Positions 40,885 to 49,830 of a DNA stretch of 64,000 nucleotides are shown here, piece by piece. The position numbers were made by a program, and so were the translations under genes. Position 1 is the first letter of the stretch; the number at the start of each line of letters is the position of its first letter. The DNA comes from an uncultured Lentisphaerales bacterium. GTDB lineage: Bacteria > Verrucomicrobiota > Lentisphaeria > JABSQK01 > UBA12247. Where the stretch lies: assembly GCA_943788985.1 (NCBI GenBank), contig CALSSJ010000023.1:1-64000 (forward strand), given 5' to 3'. The notes under the pieces are model-generated. The model saw only the letters and a list, made by a program, of their open reading frames with translations, did no database searches and was not told the origin of the DNA.

Positions 40885-42207
40885 TCAATTAAGGTTTAGC
40901 AGGCCGTAACCATGCTCACCGTGAAGGCTGCTGTCCATACCCGCATTCTCGTCGTCCTTGCTCATGCGCAGACCGATTGTCTTATCCACCAGGATTACCA
41001 AGATCAGGCTCACAACGCCAGCGTAGATCGCCGAAACCAACACACCTTCAGTTTGATACCACAGCTGCTGGCTGAAGCTATCCGGCGCATTGCGCATGAA
41101 GAATGTCAGGCCAATCGCGCCGATGATTCCGGCCACGCCATGAATCCCAAATACATCCAGCGTGTCATCGTAGCCAAGCTTATTCTTCAGCTGGATCGCC
41201 ATGTAGCACCCTACCGAAGCCAGCACAGCCAGCACGATCGCGCCAAGCGCCTGCACATCACCGGCAGCAGGTGTGATCACCACCAGGCCAGCAAGGATAC
41301 CAGACACTAGACCCAGACCCGTTGCTTTACGATGATGCAACCATTCAACCAACATCCAGGCCAACGCACCGGCAGCGGCAGCGATCTGCGTCACAGCCAG
41401 AGCCTGTGCAGTCTGCAGGCCGCTGGCAACAGAGCTACCCGCGTTAAAACCGAACCAGCCTACCCAAAGCAGACCAGCGCCCACCATCGTCATCACCAGG
41501 TTATTCGGATGCATCGCCACCTTCGGATAGCCACGACGAGTGCCCAAATAGAGCGCCATTACCAGACCGGCTACGCCAGCCGAAATGTGGATCACCGTGC
41601 CACCGGCAAAGTCGATCGCCTTCCCTGTTAGGAAGCCGCCGCCCCAGACCCAATGGCATAGCGGGTTGTACACCAGCAGGCTCCACAGCGTGATCAACAC
41701 CAGAAACCCACCGAAACGCACGCGCTCCGCAAACGCACCAGCCAGAATCGCCGGGGTAATCATCGCGAACTTGCCCTGGAACATGACAAACACCAGAGTC
41801 GGGATCGCCATTGCCACCCCGTTCACTTCTATTTCATAAAGTGCGGAGTCCGCACTGCCGAGCAGGATCAGCGAGCTGTCCCAGCCACACCAGCCATTAC
41901 TCACGCCAAAACACATCGCGTAGCCACACACTGCCCAGACCACACCGATCACAGCCATCGAACCGAAGCTGTGCATCATCGTGCCCACCACGTTCTTTGT
42001 CCGGACCAGGCCGCCATAGAACATGGCCAGTGCCGGGATCATCAATAGAACCAACGTTGTTGATGCCAGCATCCAAGCTGTCGTTCCTGTGTCAATCGGA
42101 AGCGGCGCCACAACCTCTGCTGCCTCTCCCAACTCCTGCGCCCAGCTGCCGAACGCTGCAAGCGTCAGCCCGAGCCCCATCCCGTGTTTCCAATGCCTCA
42201 TCCTCAT
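40885..42207 (-). CDS. amtB: Ammonium transporter
   Basis: FYGGLVR, DFAGGTVIH, GWFGFNAGS, DDTLDVFGIHG. Confidence 0.96.
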   Translation of the reverse strand: MRMRHWKHGMGLGLTLAAFGSWAQELGEAAEVVAPLPIDTGTTAWMLASTTLVLLMIPALAMFYGGLVRTKNVVGTMMHSFGSMAVIGVVWAVCGYAMCFGVSNGWCGWDSSLILLGSADSALYEIEVNGVAMAIPTLVFVMFQGKFAMITPAILAGAFAERVRFGGFLVLITLWSLLVYNPLCHWVWGGGFLTGKAIDFAGGTVIHISAGVAGLVMALYLGTRRGYPKVAMHPNNLVMTMVGAGLLWVGWFGFNAGSSVASGLQTAQALAVTQIAAAAGALAWMLVEWLHHRKATGLGLVSGILAGLVVITPAAGDVQALGAIVLAVLASVGCYMAIQLKNKLGYDDTLDVFGIHGVAGIIGAIGLTFFMRNAPDSFSQQLWYQTEGVLVSAIYAGVVSLILVILVDKTIGLRMSKDDENAGMDSSLHGEHGYGLLNLN

Positions 42208-42287
42208 TCCTCGCCCTATTAGGGTTGCCATTTCGTTCACAAGTCCCATTGTGAACCAACATCACCACGGAAACGTAAGCAGAAACC

Positions 42288-42809
42288 ATGCCAACGACAA
42301 CCAACCCCGCTGTTTCCTGCCTGAAGGCACAACCGCCAAATACGTTTCCTACAATATTGTATTACTTTTTTGTAGGATTGCTCTGCGCGGGCTGTGTCTC
42401 CAGCTCACCGCATCGAGCCTGTCGCAAAGCCACCATTCCTGAGTACAAGGGCAGCTACCTTTGCGGAGTTCGCAAAGCAAATCCAGCCTGGTGGCTGGCC
42501 AACACAGACTCCCCATTGCCCGACTGGTGGCAGCCAGACCTTCACCCGGACAAGCGCCTCCGTAGCTGGAACCGACGCAATCCGCTGCATAACTTCACCC
42601 ACTACATCATTGGCATCTCAGACCGGGACTTCTGCCGTTACGGCATCAACCCAGATGGCGTTTGGGGACCATATGGCATCAATGCCACAGTCCTTCACAC
42701 CGGGCCCATCGTCCTGCCCTTTCTCAGCCTCCAGTCGCCGTGGATCGAGGCCTACGCAGGCTGGCGGGATCGCGGAAACTTCGGCCTTGCCCTCCGCCGC
42801 CGCGACTGA
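42288..42809 (+). CDS. Hypothetical Trp-rich protein, possibly a lipoprotein (start uncertain)
   Basis: LLCAGC lipobox-like sequence; W..RNPLHNFTHYIIG. Confidence 0.55.
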   Translation: MPTTTNPAVSCLKAQPPNTFPTILYYFFVGLLCAGCVSSSPHRACRKATIPEYKGSYLCGVRKANPAWWLANTDSPLPDWWQPDLHPDKRLRSWNRRNPLHNFTHYIIGISDRDFCRYGINPDGVWGPYGINATVLHTGPIVLPFLSLQSPWIEAYAGWRDRGNFGLALRRRD

Positions 42810-42814
42810 GCCCT

Positions 42815-45610
42815 CTACCGAGGCCTACTGCGCCGCCGCCTCTTCTGTGGTTCTGTGAGCACCAGCGCCAGGTTCCCCGTAACCCTCGGCAACACCCAAG
42901 TCGCCACTTCGGCGTCCCCTAGTTTCATCAGTGCCGACCCAGGCTTGGCAGTAGCCAGATCCCAGATCCGCACCTCCCGGCTCGTCCCCGACCCCAAACC
43001 CGGCAGGCTGAGTAGCGCCCCAGCCACCGCCAGCTCCGACGAATTCTCCACGTAGATCAGGCCCGTGCGAGCCGCCAGCACCGAGTCGCAACGTAACGCC
43101 ATCACCTGCTCGTCCGCCGGCTCCAGCCGAATACTTGACCACCGCAGCCACCCCGCGCCAGTGCACGCCAACTCCACAACATGGGCTCCCCCCGGAATCC
43201 GCACCCGCATCCGTGCCCCGGTTGCGAACTTCGCAACTGGCCAGCTTGTCTCGGAGATCGGCTTCCCATCCAGCAGGATCCGCAGCCCACTCCCCCGGTC
43301 GTCCACACTCTCCACCGTAAGGACCAACTCCAGCGCTGCATTCGTGCTCAGCTCCAGTCGCATCCCCGCGGACGCCTCCGGGTGCAAGTATGCTGGCAGC
43401 GGCTCGCGCATAGAAACAGTCAACAGCTCATCAATCCCCGCCGTCCCCGCCTCGCCGTCAGGATCGAACCCCACAGCCACCGGGACCAGAGTCAGCTCTC
43501 CAGCCTTGCCGCGCGCAGGTGCCCTCACCACCACCCGGTCCATCGCCATTACTCGGCCATCGAGAAACCGCCGCCAAGCCACTAGCGACTCACCCAGCCC
43601 ATCATCGGCCGCAAACGGAGCGGGTGCCCCAGCCAGTGCTGCCTTATACAAAGCCGAACGCACCACCGACTCATGCCATAGACGCAGGCCATGCCCATCA
43701 CCCGCCACCACCGCCTGAATCTCCCCGTCACTCACAATCCAGCGACGATTCATCACCATCCCCAGTGCTTGGTCCCACTCCTCCAGCAGCCATTCCCCCT
43801 CGCGCACATCCGAGATCGTCAAGGACAACGCCCCTGTCGCCGCCGCCTGCCCCTCTGGAGACAACAGCATCGCCGTCTCACCACGAAGCCCATGTGCAGG
43901 CACTGCCGAAAAAGCCGGGACCAGCCGAATCCCCTTCAGCTGAAACCAGTCCGCTCCCCCGTTATAGATCCTGAGCGTATGCTGCCCAGCTGGCACCCAA
44001 GTCGAATAGGTCCCCTGATGCCGCATCACCGGCCTGGCCCGCTCACGTTCCAGGCGTGAAATCGAAAACACCTCGCTCTCTCCGCCAACGCCATCCAGCT
44101 CAAACCCAAGCGTCGCGCCCACATAGGACACCTCGCCCACCTCCAGTTCTACCGAAACCCCATGTGCCGCGTCCACTTCCACCGTGATCTCGTTTAGTTG
44201 ATCCGGCCTCACTGCGCCGTGTACGTAGGCTGGCAGCTCACCCTGCAGCGCTGGATTTGCGGAGTTCGCAAACAGCGTCACCGGATTCGCATCCGTACGC
44301 TCAAACACCCCGTCAGGCGGCCGAAACTCTCCCGCGCCGAGTGCTCCAGCGGGCTGCAACTGCACCGTCAGCGGCCGTGCATGCTCCCTGCGCGCATCGA
44401 ACGGCCCCAGCCACGCCTCATGGCGCGCGTACTCCGGATACAGACTCTTGCCTCTGGCCGCGACGCTCCGATACAACGCCCGCTCCAGCCAGGCCCCATG
44501 CGCCTCCACACGAGCCCCCGGAACCGCAGTCATCTCCGGCAGTTGGCCCGACAGCAACGTCAGCGGCTGCTCACACGCCGCCACAAAATTCGCCGCGGCC
44601 GCATGCCCCGCATAGGGCGCGTAATGGTGCTTGGCATCGTGATTGCGCCAGAACATCACAAAGCTGATCCGCCGCGCCACCGGATCCGCCAGAATCGGGC
44701 CGAGCAGACAGTCTGTAAACCAATTCTCAGTCGGCAGGCCTTCCTCGCCACACTCCGTCAGGGCCGCCACCTTGTCGCGCTCGTCTGCCAGCGCCACCAT
44801 CACCCGCAAGCGCCGCACCAGCGCGTCCCGCTGTTCTTCAGACTGCAGCGATTCATAGCTATCGTGCCCCAGCACATCCACCACATCATCCCCCGGATAG
44901 CGCAGTAAGTATGACTCTCGATCCACAAAATGATCCGGTGCATACGCAATCAGCAACTGATGCAAATCATAGGTTTTGCGGAGTTCGCAAACCGTCCAGC
45001 GAAACAGCTGCCGATACGCCTCATCCGAGCACGCCCCCGTCCCCCACCAAAACCACGGCCGATTGGGTTCGTGGTACGGCCGCAAAATGAGCGGAATCCG
45101 CGCGCCATTGTCATCCGTCAGGGCCGCCAAAATCCGCGCCACGCGCCGCACCTCCCGAAGCAACAGCCCGTGGTGAGTCCCGCCCGGCAACAACTCCGCC
45201 ACCCGCATCGACTCCGTGTCCTTGAACGACCCGCCCGTGACCAACTCATGCATATGCCAGGTCACGGTCTGCACCTCGCCTCGCCGATGCGACTCCTGCA
45301 CCAGCGTGCGCAGGCTCGACTCCGTCAGCCCGTTCAGCAGCGCCTCTCCGGTTCCGCCATCGGCGCTGCCCACATCCCAGCCCAGCACCGCCGGATGGGC
45401 CCCACAGACACTCTTGAAGTCCGAGCGTCCTGCCTCGCCCTGCCAGCCGACACCATATGCCGTGGCATCCTGATGCCCCAGCATGATCCCAAACGCCGCC
45501 AGATCCTGCAGATTTGCGAACAGCGCACGCGCCGCCGGGTCGGCTGCCGGGTCGCTTGGCCTAGAGAAGACAACAGAGCAAAGAACAACAGATGTCAGAA
45601 TAGCGCGCAT
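42815..45610 (-). CDS. GH26 beta-mannanase-like protein with C-terminal beta-sandwich domains
   Basis: GHQD, RPYHE..WFWWG, YPGDDVVDVLGHDSY, ALTECG, WRN. Confidence 0.85.
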   Translation of the reverse strand: MRAILTSVVLCSVVFSRPSDPAADPAARALFANLQDLAAFGIMLGHQDATAYGVGWQGEAGRSDFKSVCGAHPAVLGWDVGSADGGTGEALLNGLTESSLRTLVQESHRRGEVQTVTWHMHELVTGGSFKDTESMRVAELLPGGTHHGLLLREVRRVARILAALTDDNGARIPLILRPYHEPNRPWFWWGTGACSDEAYRQLFRWTVCELRKTYDLHQLLIAYAPDHFVDRESYLLRYPGDDVVDVLGHDSYESLQSEEQRDALVRRLRVMVALADERDKVAALTECGEEGLPTENWFTDCLLGPILADPVARRISFVMFWRNHDAKHHYAPYAGHAAAANFVAACEQPLTLLSGQLPEMTAVPGARVEAHGAWLERALYRSVAARGKSLYPEYARHEAWLGPFDARREHARPLTVQLQPAGALGAGEFRPPDGVFERTDANPVTLFANSANPALQGELPAYVHGAVRPDQLNEITVEVDAAHGVSVELEVGEVSYVGATLGFELDGVGGESEVFSISRLERERARPVMRHQGTYSTWVPAGQHTLRIYNGGADWFQLKGIRLVPAFSAVPAHGLRGETAMLLSPEGQAAATGALSLTISDVREGEWLLEEWDQALGMVMNRRWIVSDGEIQAVVAGDGHGLRLWHESVVRSALYKAALAGAPAPFAADDGLGESLVAWRRFLDGRVMAMDRVVVRAPARGKAGELTLVPVAVGFDPDGEAGTAGIDELLTVSMREPLPAYLHPEASAGMRLELSTNAALELVLTVESVDDRGSGLRILLDGKPISETSWPVAKFATGARMRVRIPGGAHVVELACTGAGWLRWSSIRLEPADEQVMALRCDSVLAARTGLIYVENSSELAVAGALLSLPGLGSGTSREVRIWDLATAKPGSALMKLGDAEVATWVLPRVTGNLALVLTEPQKRRRRSRPR

Positions 45611-45748
45611 GCCAGCTAGTAACACGCACCTCGGCTCACGCAACAGCGCTCCGCATATCCCCAGCAAGAATCGCAGGACACCGCGCCCGAGAATAGAGGT
45701 TTTCCGCTATGAAGGCTGTAAAATAGGGCCCTACTTAGATGCCCGCCG

Positions 45749-45988
45749 TTATCCGTCAGTTGTGCCCGACGATTCGGGTTCGCAACATTGCAGGGAAACG
45801 ATCGCCGTGGCGATAAGGCTCGTGCAAACGAACAACGCGCCCGCCGCAAATCCTGAGGAGCCAGCGGTAATATCCCGCGGATCCGCGGACGCCATAAAAA
45901 TGAAACTCAGCACCATCCCGATACCTCCTGCCGCGGTGAGAACTGCACTGCCAACCAGCACAATCGTCTTCAATTGCTTTCCAATCAT
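45749..45988 (-). CDS. Small 2-TM membrane protein
   Basis: GGAGG RBS; two hydrophobic helices. Confidence 0.55.
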   Translation of the reverse strand: MIGKQLKTIVLVGSAVLTAAGGIGMVLSFIFMASADPRDITAGSSGFAAGALFVCTSLIATAIVSLQCCEPESSGTTDG

Positions 45989-46042
45989 AGTCAGTCTCCT
46001 CCCTCTGCATCTTGAATCAGTGACTATTTTTGGTCACACCCG

Positions 46043-48154
46043 TCAGCCCATATCGCGCACAAGCTGCTCACTGCAGCGAAAGGCCAAGGCGTAAATTGTC
46101 AGCACCGGGTTGAAGCCGCCATTTGTCACGTGTAACGACCCGTCGATGACGGACAGGCCCTCGTGGCCGTGCACCCGACCGTATGAATCACAGACCGATG
46201 TCGCCGGATCATCCCCCATGCGACAAGTCCCCGCCTGATGCTGACCGCCCGGTCTCCCAGGCCGACGCGGGGCATTGCGCCACAAACGCTCGGCATCCGA
46301 CGCCCCAACCCAGTCCGCAGCCCGGTCGGCCAGAAACTGTGATGCGCGTACACTCTCCTCGTGGCATACCCCCGAAAGAACCGCCGCTGGAATCCCCAAC
46401 GAATCACGGACACCGGGATCCACTCGTACGCGGCAATCCGGCGTGGGAATCTCCTGAATCGGCCCACAGACATGGATCATACGCCGAGCATCTTCACGCA
46501 TGAATCGCTTATTCTCCGCACCCCAGCCGGGCACTCCCGGCGGCAGATGGCCATGCCACGTGATCACCGGCAGCAACACAAACTCATCGCACAGCATCCC
46601 ACCGCCAATAATCCCCTCGTTGCCGTGACTCCAGTGCGTCGTACCGATCCGGACCCCAGGCCCAGTATAATCCACCACCTCTCGGCGCAAAATCCCACGC
46701 GCACCGCTGTACAGATGGCCCTGCAGGTTGCGACCCACCTGATCGTTCTGATTGCCCAAGCCCTGCGGAAACCGATCTGTCGCGCTGTTCAGCAACAATC
46801 GCGCCGACTCAATCGCCCCCGCACTGCACACCACTTGGCGTGCCTGCACCGTGTGACAGCTCGGCCCATGATTTCCCTGGCGCCGCAGTTCCACAGCGGT
46901 CGCCCGCCCCTCGTCATCCACCAACACCCGGGCCGCAGAAGTCTCCGTCAACAGATCGCAGTTTCCCGTCGCCAGCGCGCGCGGAATCACGCTGTTGTGC
47001 GAGCCTGTTTTGGCATCCACCGGGCACTCAAAGCCCACACAGGCGCCACACCCAGCGCAGGCTGGCCTGCCGCCGTAATCCGTCGAGTTGATCAGCAATG
47101 GCGGAGCCCCTGTCGCAATCCCTAGCTTCTCCGCGCCTTTGCGGAGTTCGCAAGCCGCCGGGGTATCCGGCAGTGGTGGCATTGGGTACGGCGCAGACCG
47201 CGGTGCAGCGTGAAATGCGGAGTCCGCAACCCCGCAGACGCCCAGCTCTGCCTCCGCCTGCGCATAGTGCGGGGCCAACTCCTCGTAAGAAATGGGCCAA
47301 TCGGCGAGCGAACTTCCCTTTGGCACGCCGTAGTCGCTCGCCATGCGAAAATCCTTCGCTAAAAACCGCCAAGCCTGCGCACCGTACAGGCGAGTCCCCC
47401 CGCCCAGCATCTGCGCGTTATTACTCCAGCCCCCATGGTTGGGCTGAAGTACCCGCCGGGTCCCGTCCTCGCCAATTACCACGCGCGGGTTGCCCGCCAA
47501 CGCCGGGCCGCCATTGATTCCGTAACGGCTCAGGCGATGATTGCGCAGATGATCGCTGCCAACCGTGCCCTGCGGGCGCCAGCTGCCCCGCTCCACCAAG
47601 AGCACCGTCTTACCAGCTTCTGCCAGCTGACAAGCCACCACCCCGCCCCCTGCTCCGGCACCAATCACCACAGCATCGTATCGTTCGCGCAACTGCTCGG
47701 GTGCGATCTCCGCAAGCTCCGCTGGAGTGTGCGCGCGGGTAGGCCGCTTAATCGCCGGGCTGTAGCTCATCATCGGCCAGCCTGCCTCCGGGCCATGCGC
47801 CCCGCTGCTTGCGTCCGAGTAGTAATTCTCCGCCACCAGCGCATTCGCATCCCGAAACCAGCCAGCCTGCTCTCCAGTTGCGAACTCCGCAAGCAGCGCG
47901 TCCTGCGCCGCTGCGGCCAACTCTGCGAACTCCGCATCAGCCAGCCTTTCGAGGCCAGCCAGAAACTCGTCCTGCTTGTGCGCCCAATCGCCCGCCAGCA
48001 ACCGCGAGACATAGTCCTCACATTCCGCCTCGGCACCATCCGGCCAGCCGTCGCCTCCCGGAATTACCCGCCGGGCAAACGCCCGCAGCACCTCTCTCTG
48101 CTTATCTGTGACAGCTCTACGCCCCGTTTTGCTTCGCAACCGCGAACAATCCAT
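46043..48154 (-). CDS. GMC oxidoreductase fused to an N-terminal gluconate-2-dehydrogenase subunit-3-like domain
   Basis: IGAGAGG FAD motif, LGGGT, HQAGTCRMG, NPVLTI; N-terminal RRVIPG..P.GA.A..YV..L. Confidence 0.85.
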   Translation of the reverse strand: MDCSRLRSKTGRRAVTDKQREVLRAFARRVIPGGDGWPDGAEAECEDYVSRLLAGDWAHKQDEFLAGLERLADAEFAELAAAAQDALLAEFATGEQAGWFRDANALVAENYYSDASSGAHGPEAGWPMMSYSPAIKRPTRAHTPAELAEIAPEQLRERYDAVVIGAGAGGGVVACQLAEAGKTVLLVERGSWRPQGTVGSDHLRNHRLSRYGINGGPALAGNPRVVIGEDGTRRVLQPNHGGWSNNAQMLGGGTRLYGAQAWRFLAKDFRMASDYGVPKGSSLADWPISYEELAPHYAQAEAELGVCGVADSAFHAAPRSAPYPMPPLPDTPAACELRKGAEKLGIATGAPPLLINSTDYGGRPACAGCGACVGFECPVDAKTGSHNSVIPRALATGNCDLLTETSAARVLVDDEGRATAVELRRQGNHGPSCHTVQARQVVCSAGAIESARLLLNSATDRFPQGLGNQNDQVGRNLQGHLYSGARGILRREVVDYTGPGVRIGTTHWSHGNEGIIGGGMLCDEFVLLPVITWHGHLPPGVPGWGAENKRFMREDARRMIHVCGPIQEIPTPDCRVRVDPGVRDSLGIPAAVLSGVCHEESVRASQFLADRAADWVGASDAERLWRNAPRRPGRPGGQHQAGTCRMGDDPATSVCDSYGRVHGHEGLSVIDGSLHVTNGGFNPVLTIYALAFRCSEQLVRDMG

Positions 48155-48224
48155 AGCACGTCATAGCTCATCCTGCAACAAAGCGTACATTCTCACATAG
48201 GGCCATATTCAGGACCTTTGCCAG

Positions 48225-49135
48225 ATGATCGCAGTGAACCGCCCACAATCAACAATCAACCGCCTATTGTTGACCCTGTTCGGAATTGCGATCCTCATCG
48301 GCGCCGGGAAAGTCACTTGGACCGAGTTCCAATCCTACCTCTCGTTGCGGAGTTCGCAACAGTGGGGACAGCGCCCGGCCACCTTTACCAAGATCCTGAA
48401 GGACGCCGACGATAGCATCATCGGCGCCGAGTTCACCTACAGCTTTGACGGAACACTGCGGACCGGCGATCAACTCTACCTGCGAGGCCTCACTCCGCCT
48501 GCGCAGCTGAAGTCCATCACCCTAGGTGACCAGACCACCTGCTACGTCAGCTCGCAAGGCGAAGCGGTGTGGACGCCACAGTTCACCGACCTTACGGCTT
48601 CGGCCCTGTATGTGATGATTCCCATCCTCATTCTATTTCCGTTCTTCATCATCATTCTGTCCCTACTTCACCAAAATTTCAGTGGTTCGCTGGGGTGCCA
48701 TCATCGGGGATGCAGTTTGTTTTTCTTGGCTTACGGATTGTTCTTGACCTGACAGCGCTATGCCTGGCGTGGAAACTCTTGCGTCACGGTAAAGGCATAG
48801 ATTCAATTCTCGAGTGGGAGGATACAAATGTCATCGGCGACGTTCTGCGCGGACGCCTGCTAGTGGGGACTAAGTCCTCACCTGACTCGGTAAAACTCAA
48901 GCTCTCCCACACTACAGAAAAATCCGATAACAACACAGCCGTAGCAGAGTGTACTGTGGACACACGCCAGATTGATGGCCGTAGTGTTGCGGAGTTCGCA
49001 ATTCCAATCCCCGGCTATTGCCCGCCCACAGCTGAGAACGTTACCTGGAAACTGCAATTTCACGACGGCAAGCGCTGGTCATGGGCGCTTGAACTCCCCC
49101 TGGCTCGCGCTCCTACTGAGGCTTTTCAATGGTAG
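48225..49135 (+). pseudogene. DUF3592-like membrane protein, split by a frameshift at ~48700-48750
   Basis: TM helix, S..W..P..I..FTYSFDG..G, TM helix; continues in another frame. Confidence 0.5.
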
Positions 49136-49830
49136 GCTGCAAAGAGGAACCGAAGTATAGTCTACAAGGCAAAGTCGTCTGGTGGGTCGGCGGACTCTGG
49201 ACGTGCTTGATTCTCCTCATTTGGGGAATTTCGCCTCTTATTACAACGACAGCGTCAACTTGTACAAAGCACACCGATGGTGTGGGGCAAGCGGTTAAGC
49301 TCCACCGCAGCAACGCAGCCAGGGAGCAAAATGGCCGCAGCCCTCCGGGGCGGGGCGGCGAACGACCATCTGCGGCGTTGCGTGTCGCACACGTACCTAC
49401 GGGTACGCGTCGCTCCACGCGCCTGGCAGCTAACCATTCGGCGCTCCCGCCAAAGTGTAACGTTAATTCCGCGCGGGCCCTTAGAACACGACGGGAGCTC
49501 AAACAGCAACTTGATGCTGGCACGGTCCGCATTTGCCATGGTGCTGCGGCGGAAGCAGAAAGTGAGCTGCGGCCAATGGTGATGTACGATATGGTAGGCC
49601 TCTGCTCCCTCATCTTCGCTATCCTGTCAGGGGTATATGGCGCCCTATCGCATGTCAATCAGGGCTGGATCACATGCAGCGCAGTAGGAGCAATCAGCAC
49701 GGTTGTCTGCTTGATCCGGCGCAGGAGGATTCTCAATCGGGCCAAAGAAATATTCCTCAGCGACAGTGCATTCTTTCGTCGGTGGGCCGACGCTGGTCTC
49801 TTCTGGTGTAAGCTAACCCAACTGGACTCA
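49129..49830 (+). pseudogene. Second membrane-protein gene, apparently interrupted by a non-coding insert
   Basis: TM-bearing N- and C-terminal parts flank a non-protein-like block at ~49295-49484. Confidence 0.4.

Noticed and set aside
40982..40990. DnaA-box-like TTATCCACC
   Set aside because: An isolated 8/9 match inside amtB with no cluster or AT-rich unwinding element.
42344..42371. dif-like site (GTTTCCTACAA resembles the B. subtilis XerC arm)
   Set aside because: The more conserved XerD arm (TTATGTTAAAT/TTATGTAAACT) is absent; the sequence is better explained as an amtB operator.
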